The notes under the pieces were generated by a model. It had not been told where the DNA came from, ran no database searches, and saw only the letters and a list, made by a program, of their open reading frames with translations. From assembly GCA_035632695.1 (NCBI GenBank), contig DASQGG010000167.1:120-64119 (forward strand): a stretch of 64,000 nucleotides of DNA, in the 5' to 3' direction. Each line of letters opens with the position of its first letter. The first letter of the stretch is position 1. The stretch is from Thermoplasmata archaeon (lineage in GTDB: Archaea > Thermoplasmatota > Thermoplasmata > RBG-16-68-12). The position numbers were made by a program, and so were the translations under genes. Of the stretch, positions 25,779-34,820 are shown piece after piece.

Positions 25779-25824
25779 AGGAGCGCCTAAGAGCTTGGCG
25801 GGTCGCTCAACTGTCCCGCTGTGC

Positions 25825-26973
25825 CTACATGAGGTGCTCGGCGACGTACTCCGCGACGTCGCGGACCGCCAGGGGCGACGATGCGACCGTCTTCGAGCTG
25901 TCCTCGAGGTTCAGGACGCAGTAGGGGCACGCGGAGCAGAGCACCTGGGCGCCTGTCCGTTCTGCCTGGGTGACCCGGAGATCCGAGAACCGCTCCCCCC
26001 GGGGCGTCTCCAGGAAGATCCGCCCCCCGCCGCCTCCACAGCACAGGCTGTCGGTCCGGTTGCGCTCCATCTCCTCCAGGCGCACCCCGGGAATCGACTC
26101 CAGCACCTTCCGGGGCTCCTCGTACACCCCGTTGTACCGCCCGAGGTAGCAGGGGTCGTGGTACGTCACGCGGGCACCTCCGTACGTCTTGAGCTTGAGG
26201 CGGTCCTCGTCCGCGAGGCGGGCCAGGAGCTGCGTGTAGTGCTCCACCTCGAACGACGCCCCGAGCTTCGGGTACTCGTGCTTCAACGCCTCGAAGGAGT
26301 GCGGGCTGATCGTGACGATGCGTTCCACGCCACGCTCGCGGAACCGGGCCGCGTTCCGATCTGCAAGAGATCGGAAGAGGGCCGGGTCGCCGATCCGGAG
26401 TGCGGGGTCTCCGCAGCACGCCTCGTCGTTCCCGAGGGTCCCATACCTCACCCCGGCGGCGTCGAGGATCTTGACGAGCGCGCGGGCCACGGTCCGGATG
26501 CGGGGGTCGTACGCCGCCGTGCAGCCCACGTAGAGGAGGAGGTCCATGCCGGGCTCGAACGGGCGCACGGTCAGACCCTCCGCCCATCGGCTCCGTTCCT
26601 CAGGGTTCCCGCCCCACGGGTTCTGGACCGTGGACAGGCGGCCGAGGACCGTCTTCAGCGCGTCAGGTTCTGCGCCCACGGCGGTGACGAACTCCCGGGC
26701 CGTGCGGATCACGCTCGGGATGTCCACGCCGCGCGGGCATCGGGCGGTGCACGCACGGCACGTCGTGCAGAGCCACAGGAAGTCACCTTCGAGACCGCCG
26801 AGGCCGAGCTGGGTCAGGCGGAGCATCTTCCGCAGGCTCACGTCCCGGACCTCGCTCCACGGGCACGTGGCCGTGCACGTTCCGCACTGATAGCAGAGGT
26901 ACAGGGACGACCCGCCCGCTTTCCCGAGTTCGTCCATCATCTCGTCGAACGGGCGCACGGCCGTGGCGGTCAT
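25825..26973 (-). CDS. CCG-domain iron-sulfur oxidoreductase (GlcF / HdrD-like: 2x[4Fe-4S] ferredoxin motifs plus two cysteine-rich CCG domains)
   Basis: CxxCxxCxxxCP motifs are CYQCGTCTATCP and CTTCRACTARCP. CCG-domain hallmarks are YVGCTAAYDP, CCG, YHDPCYLGR, CCGGGGG and CPYC. Confidence 0.8.
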   Translation of the reverse strand: MTATAVRPFDEMMDELGKAGGSSLYLCYQCGTCTATCPWSEVRDVSLRKMLRLTQLGLGGLEGDFLWLCTTCRACTARCPRGVDIPSVIRTAREFVTAVGAEPDALKTVLGRLSTVQNPWGGNPEERSRWAEGLTVRPFEPGMDLLLYVGCTAAYDPRIRTVARALVKILDAAGVRYGTLGNDEACCGDPALRIGDPALFRSLADRNAARFRERGVERIVTISPHSFEALKHEYPKLGASFEVEHYTQLLARLADEDRLKLKTYGGARVTYHDPCYLGRYNGVYEEPRKVLESIPGVRLEEMERNRTDSLCCGGGGGRIFLETPRGERFSDLRVTQAERTGAQVLCSACPYCVLNLEDSSKTVASSPLAVRDVAEYVAEHLM

Positions 26974-27042
26974 GGGAGCACACTCCCGTCGGTGTCTCCC
27001 TTGCGGTGGGCCTCGGTTGCACGGTCCATGCGGCCGGTGGCA

Positions 27043-28554
27043 TCAGATGCGGAAGGAACTCCCAACGAATCGCCCCTCGATATCCGAGTGGAGGAGATGA
27101 GGACTGAACACGTTCGCGGGGTCGTACGTCGCCTTGAGGCGGCGCAGCTCCTCGTGGCGCGACGCGGTTCCGTCCCGGAAGAGCGCGAGGCCAAGCCCGT
27201 GTTCCTTGCGGTCCTCCACGGTGAGGTCGGTGCGCAGCACGGCCTCCCGAACCTTCTGGATGAGCGCCCACGCGGCCTCGATGTCCGCCTTCGTCACGGC
27301 CGCCTGCGGCCGGTAGTGGACCTCGATCCCGTCCGGGTAGTGGTGGCCTACGGGCCGCCCTGCGGCGCCCTCCATGGCTGCGAACATCCGCGAGAGGACG
27401 TCCCCGAACCGCTCCGGGTCGTACACGATGAAGTCCTCGCATCCGGGGACGTTCACGCGGTGGAGCGCCTTCCCCGTCGCCGCGGTCCGCACGGCCATCA
27501 TCTTCCGGAATTCTGGGAACGTGATCTCCCGGTAGCCGACGTCCGGGAATTCCGCCGCGATGCGGGGCAGCGGCTCCATGCCTTCCGTGCGTCCCCGGTA
27601 CAGCAGGACCATGCGGCGCCGGCCGGGCGTGACGGCGAAATAGGCGCCGAGGACCGGGTCCGTTCGGATCGGGTCGTCCGGCCGCACGATCCCTTCGTCG
27701 ATGAAGAGGAACTCGCCCGCGAAGTACCGGCAGGAGGCCGCGACCCGCTTCATCAGACGGCCCATGGTCGCACCGAGACGCCCGGCTTCCTCGGACTCGA
27801 TGGAAAGGATCGCGCACACCATGTCCTCCGGCTTCGGGATCGGGGCGATCCGAACGTCGAGTTCCGTGACGAGGCCACAGAGCCCGTGGTGGCCGGCGAG
27901 GCGTCGGATTTCCTTCCGGTCCGTGATCTCGAGGACGCGCGCGCCTTCCTTCGACGTTGCGACCATCCGGAGGCGGTTGACCGCGTCGCCGAAAGCGCCG
28001 AAGGCGGGAGTCCCGCTGCCTCGCGCGTTCGTCGCGAAGTTCCCGCCGAATGTGCTGTAGCCACTGCTCGGCACGACGGCCACGGTCCACGCGTACCTGG
28101 CGAGTGCTCGATTTGTCTCGTCGCTCGTCCGTCCCGCGCCGACGCGGACGTACAGCTCGTCCTCGGGTCCCGCGTTCGCCAGGTCGACGGCGCCCCCGTT
28201 CGCGTCCACGATCAGGGGCGTGAAGAGCCCGCGCCGGTGGCCGCGCGCATCGGTCGCACCGACCCGCTCCATGTCCACGAGGAGCGACCCGGGGGGCGCG
28301 ATGGCTGCCCCTGCGGTGCCCGACCCCGTTCCCCGAGGCACGAGCGCGACGCCATGCCGCACCGCATGTTCCGTGAGGGCCACGCACTCCGCCTCGTCCT
28401 TGGGGAAGGCGATCCGGGTGGGGACCCCGAGCGTGAGGAACGACGCGTCCGTGGCGTACCCCAGGAGCTCGCCCGCCTGATATGGGATCCTCGCCTCTCG
28501 GAGGAACGCCAACGTCGCGTCCTCCCGGCCTTGCTCGAGGGCGAGGGCAACCAA
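27043..28554 (-). CDS. FAD-linked oxidase (GlcD / D-lactate dehydrogenase family: FAD_binding_4 plus FAD-oxidase C-terminal domain)
   Basis: 503 aa with PCMH-type FAD-binding signature (VPRGTGSG..G) and the C-terminal GlcD-like domain ..EHGLGL.. It is operonic between two CCG Fe-S proteins, the classic GlcD-GlcF / Dld-LldF pairing. Confidence 0.85.
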   Translation of the reverse strand: MVALALEQGREDATLAFLREARIPYQAGELLGYATDASFLTLGVPTRIAFPKDEAECVALTEHAVRHGVALVPRGTGSGTAGAAIAPPGSLLVDMERVGATDARGHRRGLFTPLIVDANGGAVDLANAGPEDELYVRVGAGRTSDETNRALARYAWTVAVVPSSGYSTFGGNFATNARGSGTPAFGAFGDAVNRLRMVATSKEGARVLEITDRKEIRRLAGHHGLCGLVTELDVRIAPIPKPEDMVCAILSIESEEAGRLGATMGRLMKRVAASCRYFAGEFLFIDEGIVRPDDPIRTDPVLGAYFAVTPGRRRMVLLYRGRTEGMEPLPRIAAEFPDVGYREITFPEFRKMMAVRTAATGKALHRVNVPGCEDFIVYDPERFGDVLSRMFAAMEGAAGRPVGHHYPDGIEVHYRPQAAVTKADIEAAWALIQKVREAVLRTDLTVEDRKEHGLGLALFRDGTASRHEELRRLKATYDPANVFSPHLLHSDIEGRFVGSSFRI

Positions 28555-28558
28555 CCTC

Positions 28559-29716
28559 TCACCCCAGGGCTTGCGCGGCGAGGTCGGTCAGGTCGATGAT
28601 CTTCAGCGCGGGGAGGGGATCCACGGGCCGGCCGTCGAGGTAGCAGGAGAAGTGGATGCGACAGTGCGGGCACGCGGTGACCAGGTTCCCCGCCTTCGAC
28701 GCGGCTTCCTCGAGGCGCTCCTGCTGCAGGAACTTCGTCTGCGCGTCGCAATTCGAGTACGCCCCGACGCCGCAGCACATCGCGTTCTCCCGCACGCGGT
28801 CCATCTCGACCAGTGTGACGCCCGGGATCGCCTGCAGGACGGCCCGCGGTGCGTCGTACTCCCGGGAGTGGCGGCCGAGGCGGCAGGGATCCTGGTACGT
28901 GACCGTGAGGTCCACGGGCTTCGTGAACGCGAGCCGTCCCTCCTGGACGAGTTCCTGGATGAGCTGGGTCATGTGGAGGACCTCAATGGGCCACTCGCCG
29001 ACGACCTTCGGGTACTCGTACTTCAGCATGGAGTAGCACTCGGCGCATGTGGTCACGAGGCGCTTCGCGCCGCTCGCCCGGATCCACTCCGCGTTCCGGC
29101 GGGCCAGGGTCTCGAACGTCTCGCGGTCGCCGTTCCAGAGGGCGTCGTGGCCGCAGCACCGTTCCGCGTTCGCGACGACGGGCACGATCCCGGCCGCATT
29201 CATGATCTTGATCGCCGCCTTCCCGATCCGGGCGCTGTCGCAGTAGGAGAAGACGCCGTCGAGGTAGGGCATGCAGCCCGTGAAATAGATCACGTCGCCG
29301 GTGTCCGCGACCTTGAGCCCGTCCCCGATCCAGGCGCGGCGGTCCTGCTTCAGGTTCGGCTTCGCCATGATCTTGGCCAGGAGGTCCTTGTACCCACCGT
29401 GCTTGCACGGTGCGGTCCGCTCCCGGATGGGGCGCAACGCCTCCCGCTTCGCGCGGATGAACGCCGGGTACGGCACCTGGGTCGGGCAGACCGCCTGGCA
29501 CTCCCCGCACGTGAGGCAGGCCCAGAGGTCTCGCTCGCTCATGCCGTCCGCCCCGCCCAGGTACGCCCGGAGGACCACCTTGCGGGGGCTGAAGAGGACG
29601 TCTGCCCGGTGGACGGGGCAGCTCAGGGTGCACTTGTTGCACTGGATGCAGCCCTCCTGGGCCAGGATTCGCAGGGCGTCGTCCGGGCCAACCGTCGGGG
29701 ATGCGAGGGCCGCCAT
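28559..29716 (-). CDS. HdrD-like iron-sulfur protein (HdrC-type 2x[4Fe-4S] N-terminus fused to HdrB-type CCG domains)
   Basis: CIQCNKCTLSCP and CLTCGECQAVCP, then FTGCMPYLD, CCGHD, YQDPCRLGR, CCGVG and CPHC. The start is ATG at 29716, overlapping the mvhD stop in an ATGA overlap. Confidence 0.8.
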   Translation of the reverse strand: MAALASPTVGPDDALRILAQEGCIQCNKCTLSCPVHRADVLFSPRKVVLRAYLGGADGMSERDLWACLTCGECQAVCPTQVPYPAFIRAKREALRPIRERTAPCKHGGYKDLLAKIMAKPNLKQDRRAWIGDGLKVADTGDVIYFTGCMPYLDGVFSYCDSARIGKAAIKIMNAAGIVPVVANAERCCGHDALWNGDRETFETLARRNAEWIRASGAKRLVTTCAECYSMLKYEYPKVVGEWPIEVLHMTQLIQELVQEGRLAFTKPVDLTVTYQDPCRLGRHSREYDAPRAVLQAIPGVTLVEMDRVRENAMCCGVGAYSNCDAQTKFLQQERLEEAASKAGNLVTACPHCRIHFSCYLDGRPVDPLPALKIIDLTDLAAQALG

Positions 29717-30129
29717 CAGGCCACCTCCCGCAGGGGGCTCGGGCCAAGCTTCCGAAGGGTGTCCGTGAACTCGTTCGCGATTTCCGCGAACCGCGGTCCC
29801 TCCGAGCTCGAGGCCGCTTCCATCCGGAGCCGCTCGGGGCCGATGCCCAGCGTCCGGAGGACGCCCGAGAGACGGTCCGTCTGCTCGCGCGCCTGGACGT
29901 TCCCGCTCTTGTAGTGGCACGAACCCGGGTGGCAGCCCATCACGAGGACACCGTCGAACCCGCGCTCGAACGCCCGGAGGACGTAGTACGGGTCCACCAT
30001 GCCCGTGCACATGAGGCGGACGATCTTCACCGCGGACGGATACGGGATCTTCGCGGCGCCCGCCTGGTCTGCGGCGTTGTACCCGCACCAGTTGCAGCAG
30101 AGCGCGAGGATCTCGGGGTCGGCCGTCAT
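29716..30129 (-). CDS. mvhD: methyl-viologen-reducing hydrogenase delta subunit homologue (MvhD/FlpD [2Fe-2S] electron-transfer protein)
   Basis: 137 aa with LALCCNWCGY, CTGMVDP and MGCHPGSCHY, the diagnostic MvhD cysteine pattern. It lies directly downstream of hdrA. Confidence 0.85.
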   Translation of the reverse strand: MTADPEILALCCNWCGYNAADQAGAAKIPYPSAVKIVRLMCTGMVDPYYVLRAFERGFDGVLVMGCHPGSCHYKSGNVQAREQTDRLSGVLRTLGIGPERLRMEAASSSEGPRFAEIANEFTDTLRKLGPSPLREVA

Positions 30130-32129
30130 GGGGCCACCGCCTTCGGAGCGAGCGCGTCGATGGACGCGACGATCTGCGGCTTCGTGAACTGGCGCACGGT
30201 GATCGCGCCCGTGGGACAGACGACCGTGCACTTCCCGCATCCCTCGCACGAGGTCTCGTCCACGACCGCGACGAGCCCCTGCGGGTCGATGTGGACGGCG
30301 TCGAACTCGCACGCGTCCGTGCATCGGTCGCACGCGCGGCACAGATCCGGGTTCACCTCCGCGACGAGCGGGTTCAGGGTCATCTCGCCGCTCCCGAGGA
30401 ACGTCGCCGCGGACATCGCCGCGGCGCCGGCCTGCGCGATCGTGTCCGTGATGTCCTTGGGGCCCTGGGCGCAGCCCGCGACGAAGACGCCCTTCACCGC
30501 GGTGTCCGTGGGGTTGATCTTCGGGTGATATTCCTTCACGAACCCGTCCGCGGTCTTGTCGAGGTGGAGGGAGGCCAGGAGCCCGTCGACGTCTCCCGGC
30601 TCCATCGCGGTGCTCAGTACGACCATGTCCACCGGCACGCGGAGGGTGACACCCGCGAGCGTGTCCTCGACGACGATCATGAGCTTGCCCTGCTCCTCCG
30701 GCGACGTCGCGACGTCCGTCACCCGCGCGGGCTTCCCGCGGACGAACCCGACCTGCTCGGAGGCCACGCGCTGGTAGAACTCCTCGTATCCCTTCCCGTT
30801 CGCGCGCATGTCCATGTAGAAGTTGTACACGCGCGCCCCGGTCCGCTCGCGGATCAGATGGGCGTACTTCAGGGAGTACATGCAGCACACGCGCGAGCAG
30901 TACGGGCGGTACTTCTCGTCGCGTGAGCCGACGCAGTGGATGATCCCCACGGACGTCGGCGGCGTCCCGTCCTTCTTCACGAGCTTCCCACCGGTGGGTC
31001 CCGTGGAGGACAGGAGTCTCTCGATCTGCAGGCCATGGTACACGTCCGGATACGTCCCGAACCCGTAGTGCGCGACCTGCGTAGCGTCGAACGGACGGTA
31101 CCCCGTGGCGACGACGACCGCGCCCACCTCGACCTTGACTTCCTCCGGTTGCATGGAGAAGTCGATGGCGTCCGCGGGGCACACGTTCGCGCACATCCGG
31201 CACGCGCGGTTCCTCTGGAAGTAGAAGCAGTGGTCCGCGTCAATCGTCCAGAGTTGCGGGAGGGCCTGGGAGAACGGGAGGTAGATCGCCTTGCGGAGGT
31301 CGAGCCCCATGTTCCATTCGGATTCCACCTTGACCGGGCTCTTGGGCGTGCTCACGGGGCAGCGCTCCGTGCACCGATTGCACCCGATGCAGTCGTCCGT
31401 CACGTAGCGGGGCTTCTTGCGAACGGTCAGCGTGAACTTCCCCGGCGTGCGGACGGCATTCGTGACCTCGGCGTACGTGAGCAGCTCGACGTTCTTGTGG
31501 TTGAAGACCTGGTTCATCTTCGGGGAGAGGGTGCACATCGCGCAGTCCATCGTGGGGAACGTCTTGTCGAAGCGCGCCATGTTGCCGCCGATCGTGGGGC
31601 TCTTCTCGATGAGCGTGACCTTGTGCCCGGCATTGCCGAGCAGGATGGCCGCGTGGATCCCCGCGATCCCCGCACCGATCACTGCGACGCCCTCGTGGAT
31701 GGGGGCGATCTTCACCTCGAGAGCCCGGAGACGGAGGACCTTGGCGACCTGGGCTCCCACGAGGGCCTTCGCCTTCTCCGTCGCCTTCTCGGGCTGGGAC
31801 CGGTGGGCGTAGGCGCACTGCTCGCGCACGTTGGCGATCTCCAGGAGGTACGGGTTCATCCCCGCGTCCTTGGCGGTCTCGCGGAACATGTCCTCGTACA
31901 TCTTGGGGGTGCAGCATGCGACGACGACCCCGTCGAGTCCCTTCTCCTTGATCGTCTCCTGGAGCTGCGCCTGCCCCTGGTTCGAGCACATGAACCGGAA
32001 GTCCGTGGCGGCCACGACCCCGGCTTGCTTCGCGGCGAACTCCCGTAAGGCGTTGACATCGACGACGTCGGAGATGTTCCCGCCGCAATGGCAGATGAAG
32101 ACGCCGACCTTGCGTTCCCCGTCCGTCAC
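30126..32129 (-). CDS. hdrA: heterodisulfide reductase subunit A (HdrA flavoprotein)
   Basis: N-terminal Cys cluster FICHCGGNI, FAD Rossmann motif VAVIGAGIAGIHAAILL, several CxxCxxCxxxCP ferredoxin motifs (CIGCNRCTERCP, CRMCANVCP, CEGCGKCTVVCP) and a C-terminal Cys-rich region. GTG start at 32129 overlaps the hdrB stop (GTGA); 667 aa. Confidence 0.85.
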   Translation of the reverse strand: MTDGERKVGVFICHCGGNISDVVDVNALREFAAKQAGVVAATDFRFMCSNQGQAQLQETIKEKGLDGVVVACCTPKMYEDMFRETAKDAGMNPYLLEIANVREQCAYAHRSQPEKATEKAKALVGAQVAKVLRLRALEVKIAPIHEGVAVIGAGIAGIHAAILLGNAGHKVTLIEKSPTIGGNMARFDKTFPTMDCAMCTLSPKMNQVFNHKNVELLTYAEVTNAVRTPGKFTLTVRKKPRYVTDDCIGCNRCTERCPVSTPKSPVKVESEWNMGLDLRKAIYLPFSQALPQLWTIDADHCFYFQRNRACRMCANVCPADAIDFSMQPEEVKVEVGAVVVATGYRPFDATQVAHYGFGTYPDVYHGLQIERLLSSTGPTGGKLVKKDGTPPTSVGIIHCVGSRDEKYRPYCSRVCCMYSLKYAHLIRERTGARVYNFYMDMRANGKGYEEFYQRVASEQVGFVRGKPARVTDVATSPEEQGKLMIVVEDTLAGVTLRVPVDMVVLSTAMEPGDVDGLLASLHLDKTADGFVKEYHPKINPTDTAVKGVFVAGCAQGPKDITDTIAQAGAAAMSAATFLGSGEMTLNPLVAEVNPDLCRACDRCTDACEFDAVHIDPQGLVAVVDETSCEGCGKCTVVCPTGAITVRQFTKPQIVASIDALAPKAVAP

Positions 32130-33019
32130 GCCTTCACGACCTCCTGTGCCTCGAGCATCCCGATGACAGGGGCCACGCTGACCGTGTGGCGCCCCACGCC
32201 GAGGCGGCCCGGATCGATGCCGAACGCGAGCCCGGCGAGCTGGGGGAGATGGAGGATGGGCATGCCGATCCGCCGGCCTGCGGCCTTCGAGGCCTCCTTC
32301 TGATGCGCGTCGAGCACGAGGTGACAGAGTGGGCAAGGGGTCGCAAGCATCGTCGCACCCGCGTCCTTTGCCTCTGCGAGGGCCGCGCCGGACAACCGCG
32401 AGGTGAGGTCCTCGCTCACCGTCGGGGCATCGAACCCGCAGCAGGCGGTCCGGCCTCGGTACGGCAGCGGATTCCCGCCGAGGATCCGGACAAGGCGCTC
32501 AATCGATTTCGGGTCCGCAGGCGTGTCGAACGCCTCCGCACCAGGAGCCCGCAAGAGGCGGCACCCGTAGAACGCGCCCACCGCGACGTCGCCGAGCGGT
32601 CGCCGCACGTGGGCCGCGAGCTTCTTCTCGCCGACGTCCTGCAGCAGGACCTGGAGGAGATGTTTGACCCGAACGCCACCGCCGTAGGCGCTCGGTCCCG
32701 CCCGTCCCAGGGCGTGGTTGATCCTCGCGCGTGTATCCGGGTCCTCGAGGGCCTGCGCGGCTTCGGACAGGTAGAGCTGGCACGCGCCGCACACGGTGAG
32801 GATGTCGAGCCCCTTGGCCTGTGCCAGGGACAGGGTGCCGGCGTTCGCCGCCAGGGCGCGTTCGGGCTCCGTCCGTTGGAGGTCCCCCGCGCCGCAACAC
32901 GCGGCGCCCTCTAGGTCGACGAGTTCGATCCGGAGTTCCTTCGCCACCGCGCGCGTGGACTCGTCGAGCTCCTCGCACTCATCCTGCGCCGCGCACCCCG
33001 GGAAATACGCAAATCTCAT
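32126..33019 (-). CDS. hdrB: heterodisulfide reductase subunit B (HdrB; two CCG domains)
   Basis: MRFAYFPGC N-terminus, CCGAG, YGCR, CCGFD and CPLCH, typical of HdrB. The protein is 297 aa from ATG 33019. Confidence 0.85.
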   Translation of the reverse strand: MRFAYFPGCAAQDECEELDESTRAVAKELRIELVDLEGAACCGAGDLQRTEPERALAANAGTLSLAQAKGLDILTVCGACQLYLSEAAQALEDPDTRARINHALGRAGPSAYGGGVRVKHLLQVLLQDVGEKKLAAHVRRPLGDVAVGAFYGCRLLRAPGAEAFDTPADPKSIERLVRILGGNPLPYRGRTACCGFDAPTVSEDLTSRLSGAALAEAKDAGATMLATPCPLCHLVLDAHQKEASKAAGRRIGMPILHLPQLAGLAFGIDPGRLGVGRHTVSVAPVIGMLEAQEVVKA

Positions 33020-33305
33020 GGGAATTCCTCCAAGGCGGCGAGCGTTGATCCCCTGCCGGCTCGGCGTGCAACGCCGCGTGACCTCGAGGCGACTCCGGGC
33101 CAGAACTCGGGAGCCACCGAACGAGGGGATGTCAGCTCCATCGCTCCCGCCATCCTGTGGGCGTCGACCCTCCGGACGCCGGATATAGCTAAGGTACGTA
33201 CTGCACGTGTAATCCCTGGACGCGTCCACTGGAGGATCGACAGGAAGACGCACGGGCTCGGAAGGCGCCGGATGCGGGGCCATCCGCACGGTGGGTGCGC
33301 GTCCG

Positions 33306-33313
33306 TTAAATAT
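33306..33313 (+). promoter_or_regulatory. TATA box (TTAAATAT) about 25 nt upstream of the larA-like ATG (33337); leaderless
   Basis: The same octamer precedes rps3ae. It lies in the 300-bp divergent intergenic region between hdrB and the larA-like gene. Confidence 0.5.
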
Positions 33314-33336
33314 CGCGTCCCGCGTTGTGGCGACCC

Positions 33337-34797
33337 ATGGTGGCGAAGAGCATCGCGGCGCAAGTGCCCCGCCTCGCGTACGGGGATCGCTTCCTATCCG
33401 ACTTCCTCCCGGATCGCGTCCTGTCCGAGGGCCGACTCGTTCCGCTGCGGACGCCCGAAGGTGCGCCCGCGGTGCCGGACGTGGCGGTCGCCCGGCGGCA
33501 AGCGCTCGAGGTGTCCTCGACGCCGGACCTGGTCCCTGCCCTGAACGAATGGCTCGTCTCCCGGTACCGCGGCGGGGATGTCGCGGTCATAATCGACGAC
33601 TACGCGCGGCCGTGCGCCCACCAACGTCTCCTCCTGCCCGGCCTCCTCGAGTGGCTCCAGGCCCACGGCGTCAAGCGGGAGCGGATCGCCTTGATCATCG
33701 CCGCGGCGACCCACCGGGACCCGAAACCGGAGGAGTGGCCGTACATGCTCGGGGACAAGCTGTGGCCCGCCTGGAAGGACCGCGTGTTCTTCCATCACGA
33801 CCGCGAGGACCTCGAGAAGCTCGGCGCGATGCCCGACGGCACGCCCATCGAGCTGAACGGACGGGCCGCCCGCTCGGAGCTCATCCTCTCCCTGTGCGAC
33901 CTCGACTACCACTACTTCGCCGGCGTGAGCGGAGGGCCGAAGCACCTGGTGCCCGGGATTGCGGGGCGGGCGCTCACGACCGCGGACCACCTCCGGATGT
34001 TCGGCGAGCTTGGGTTCGCGCCCCACGTGGACATGGGCATCCTAGACGGCAACCCGGTGTACGAGTACAAGCGCGCGGCCGTGCGGATCGTCCTGGACGC
34101 GCTCCGGGCCCGCGGGAGCTTCGTCTACGCCGTGGTCTGCGTCCTGAACCCTGCGTACCAGGTGGTTGCGCTCCAGGGCGGCGATATCGTCGCCGTCCAC
34201 CGGAGGCTGCGGCACGACCTCGACAAGGTGTACGCCGCGTCGATCCCGCGGCTCGCGGACATCGCGATCGTGACGGCACGCCACCTGGGGATCAACGTCT
34301 ATCAGGCCGGGAAGGCGATCAACGCCGCGGCGCGTGCCGTGAAGCCGGGCGGGACCGTGGTCTGCGTGGCCCCATGCCCGGACGGGTTCGGGAACGAGGA
34401 GTTCCGAAACCTGATGAAGATCGCGGCCCCCGTGCTCCAGGAGGCGGACGACCTGATCGCCCTAGGTGGGGATCCTGCCAAGCTAGGTCCCGAGGCGATC
34501 GACCGCGCCCTGCGGGCGGTCCAGAAGGTCGTCATGGCGGACTTCAAGATCGGGAAGCAGAAACCCGTGGACATGCTCGTCCAGTACCGCCGCACAGGCT
34601 GGGGACACCTGTGGCTCCTGTGCGACGGGCTCACGGACGAGGAGCGCAAGTTGCTCCCCTTCCGCTACGTCGGCAAGCGCGGCGAGGACCCGCAGACGCG
34701 CCTACAAGCCTGGGTCCGGGACCAGGAGAGGAACGGCAAGCCCACGTATCTGATCGTCGACGACCCTACGTACTGGATTCAGCTCAAAGGCGCGTAA
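33337..34797 (+). CDS. larA: lactate racemase (LarA) family protein, DUF2088-type nickel-pincer enzyme homologue
   Basis: 486 aa. N-terminal DUF2088-like region and central HYFAGVSGGPKHLVPGIAG (LarA-type H..G.SGG.K) are present, with several conserved His/Asp candidates. It is adjacent to lactate dehydrogenase-like genes. Family-level confidence only. Confidence 0.65.
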   Translation: MVAKSIAAQVPRLAYGDRFLSDFLPDRVLSEGRLVPLRTPEGAPAVPDVAVARRQALEVSSTPDLVPALNEWLVSRYRGGDVAVIIDDYARPCAHQRLLLPGLLEWLQAHGVKRERIALIIAAATHRDPKPEEWPYMLGDKLWPAWKDRVFFHHDREDLEKLGAMPDGTPIELNGRAARSELILSLCDLDYHYFAGVSGGPKHLVPGIAGRALTTADHLRMFGELGFAPHVDMGILDGNPVYEYKRAAVRIVLDALRARGSFVYAVVCVLNPAYQVVALQGGDIVAVHRRLRHDLDKVYAASIPRLADIAIVTARHLGINVYQAGKAINAAARAVKPGGTVVCVAPCPDGFGNEEFRNLMKIAAPVLQEADDLIALGGDPAKLGPEAIDRALRAVQKVVMADFKIGKQKPVDMLVQYRRTGWGHLWLLCDGLTDEERKLLPFRYVGKRGEDPQTRLQAWVRDQERNGKPTYLIVDDPTYWIQLKGA

Positions 34798-34820
34798 GCC
34801 CGGATTCGGAGGCCGCGCGT

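Noticed and set aside
25795-28599. 934-aa plus-strand ORF covering the GlcF-like, FAD-oxidase and HdrD-like genes
   Set aside because: It is antisense to three genes with unambiguous Fe-S/FAD motifs, and its own translation is Arg/Gly/Pro low complexity.
32129-32336. Upstream ATG (32336) extension of hdrA giving a 736-aa product
   Set aside because: It would overlap hdrB by about 210 nt. The extension is Pro/Arg-rich with no HdrA homology, and the GTG at 32129 forms a classic GTGA overlap with the hdrB stop.
33020-33336. Small ORFs and possible ncRNA in the 300-bp divergent hdrB / larA intergenic region
   Set aside because: Only antisense or short Arg-rich ORFs are present. The region is best explained as a bidirectional promoter (AT-rich ATATAGCTAA and TTAAATAT elements) without evidence for a structured RNA.
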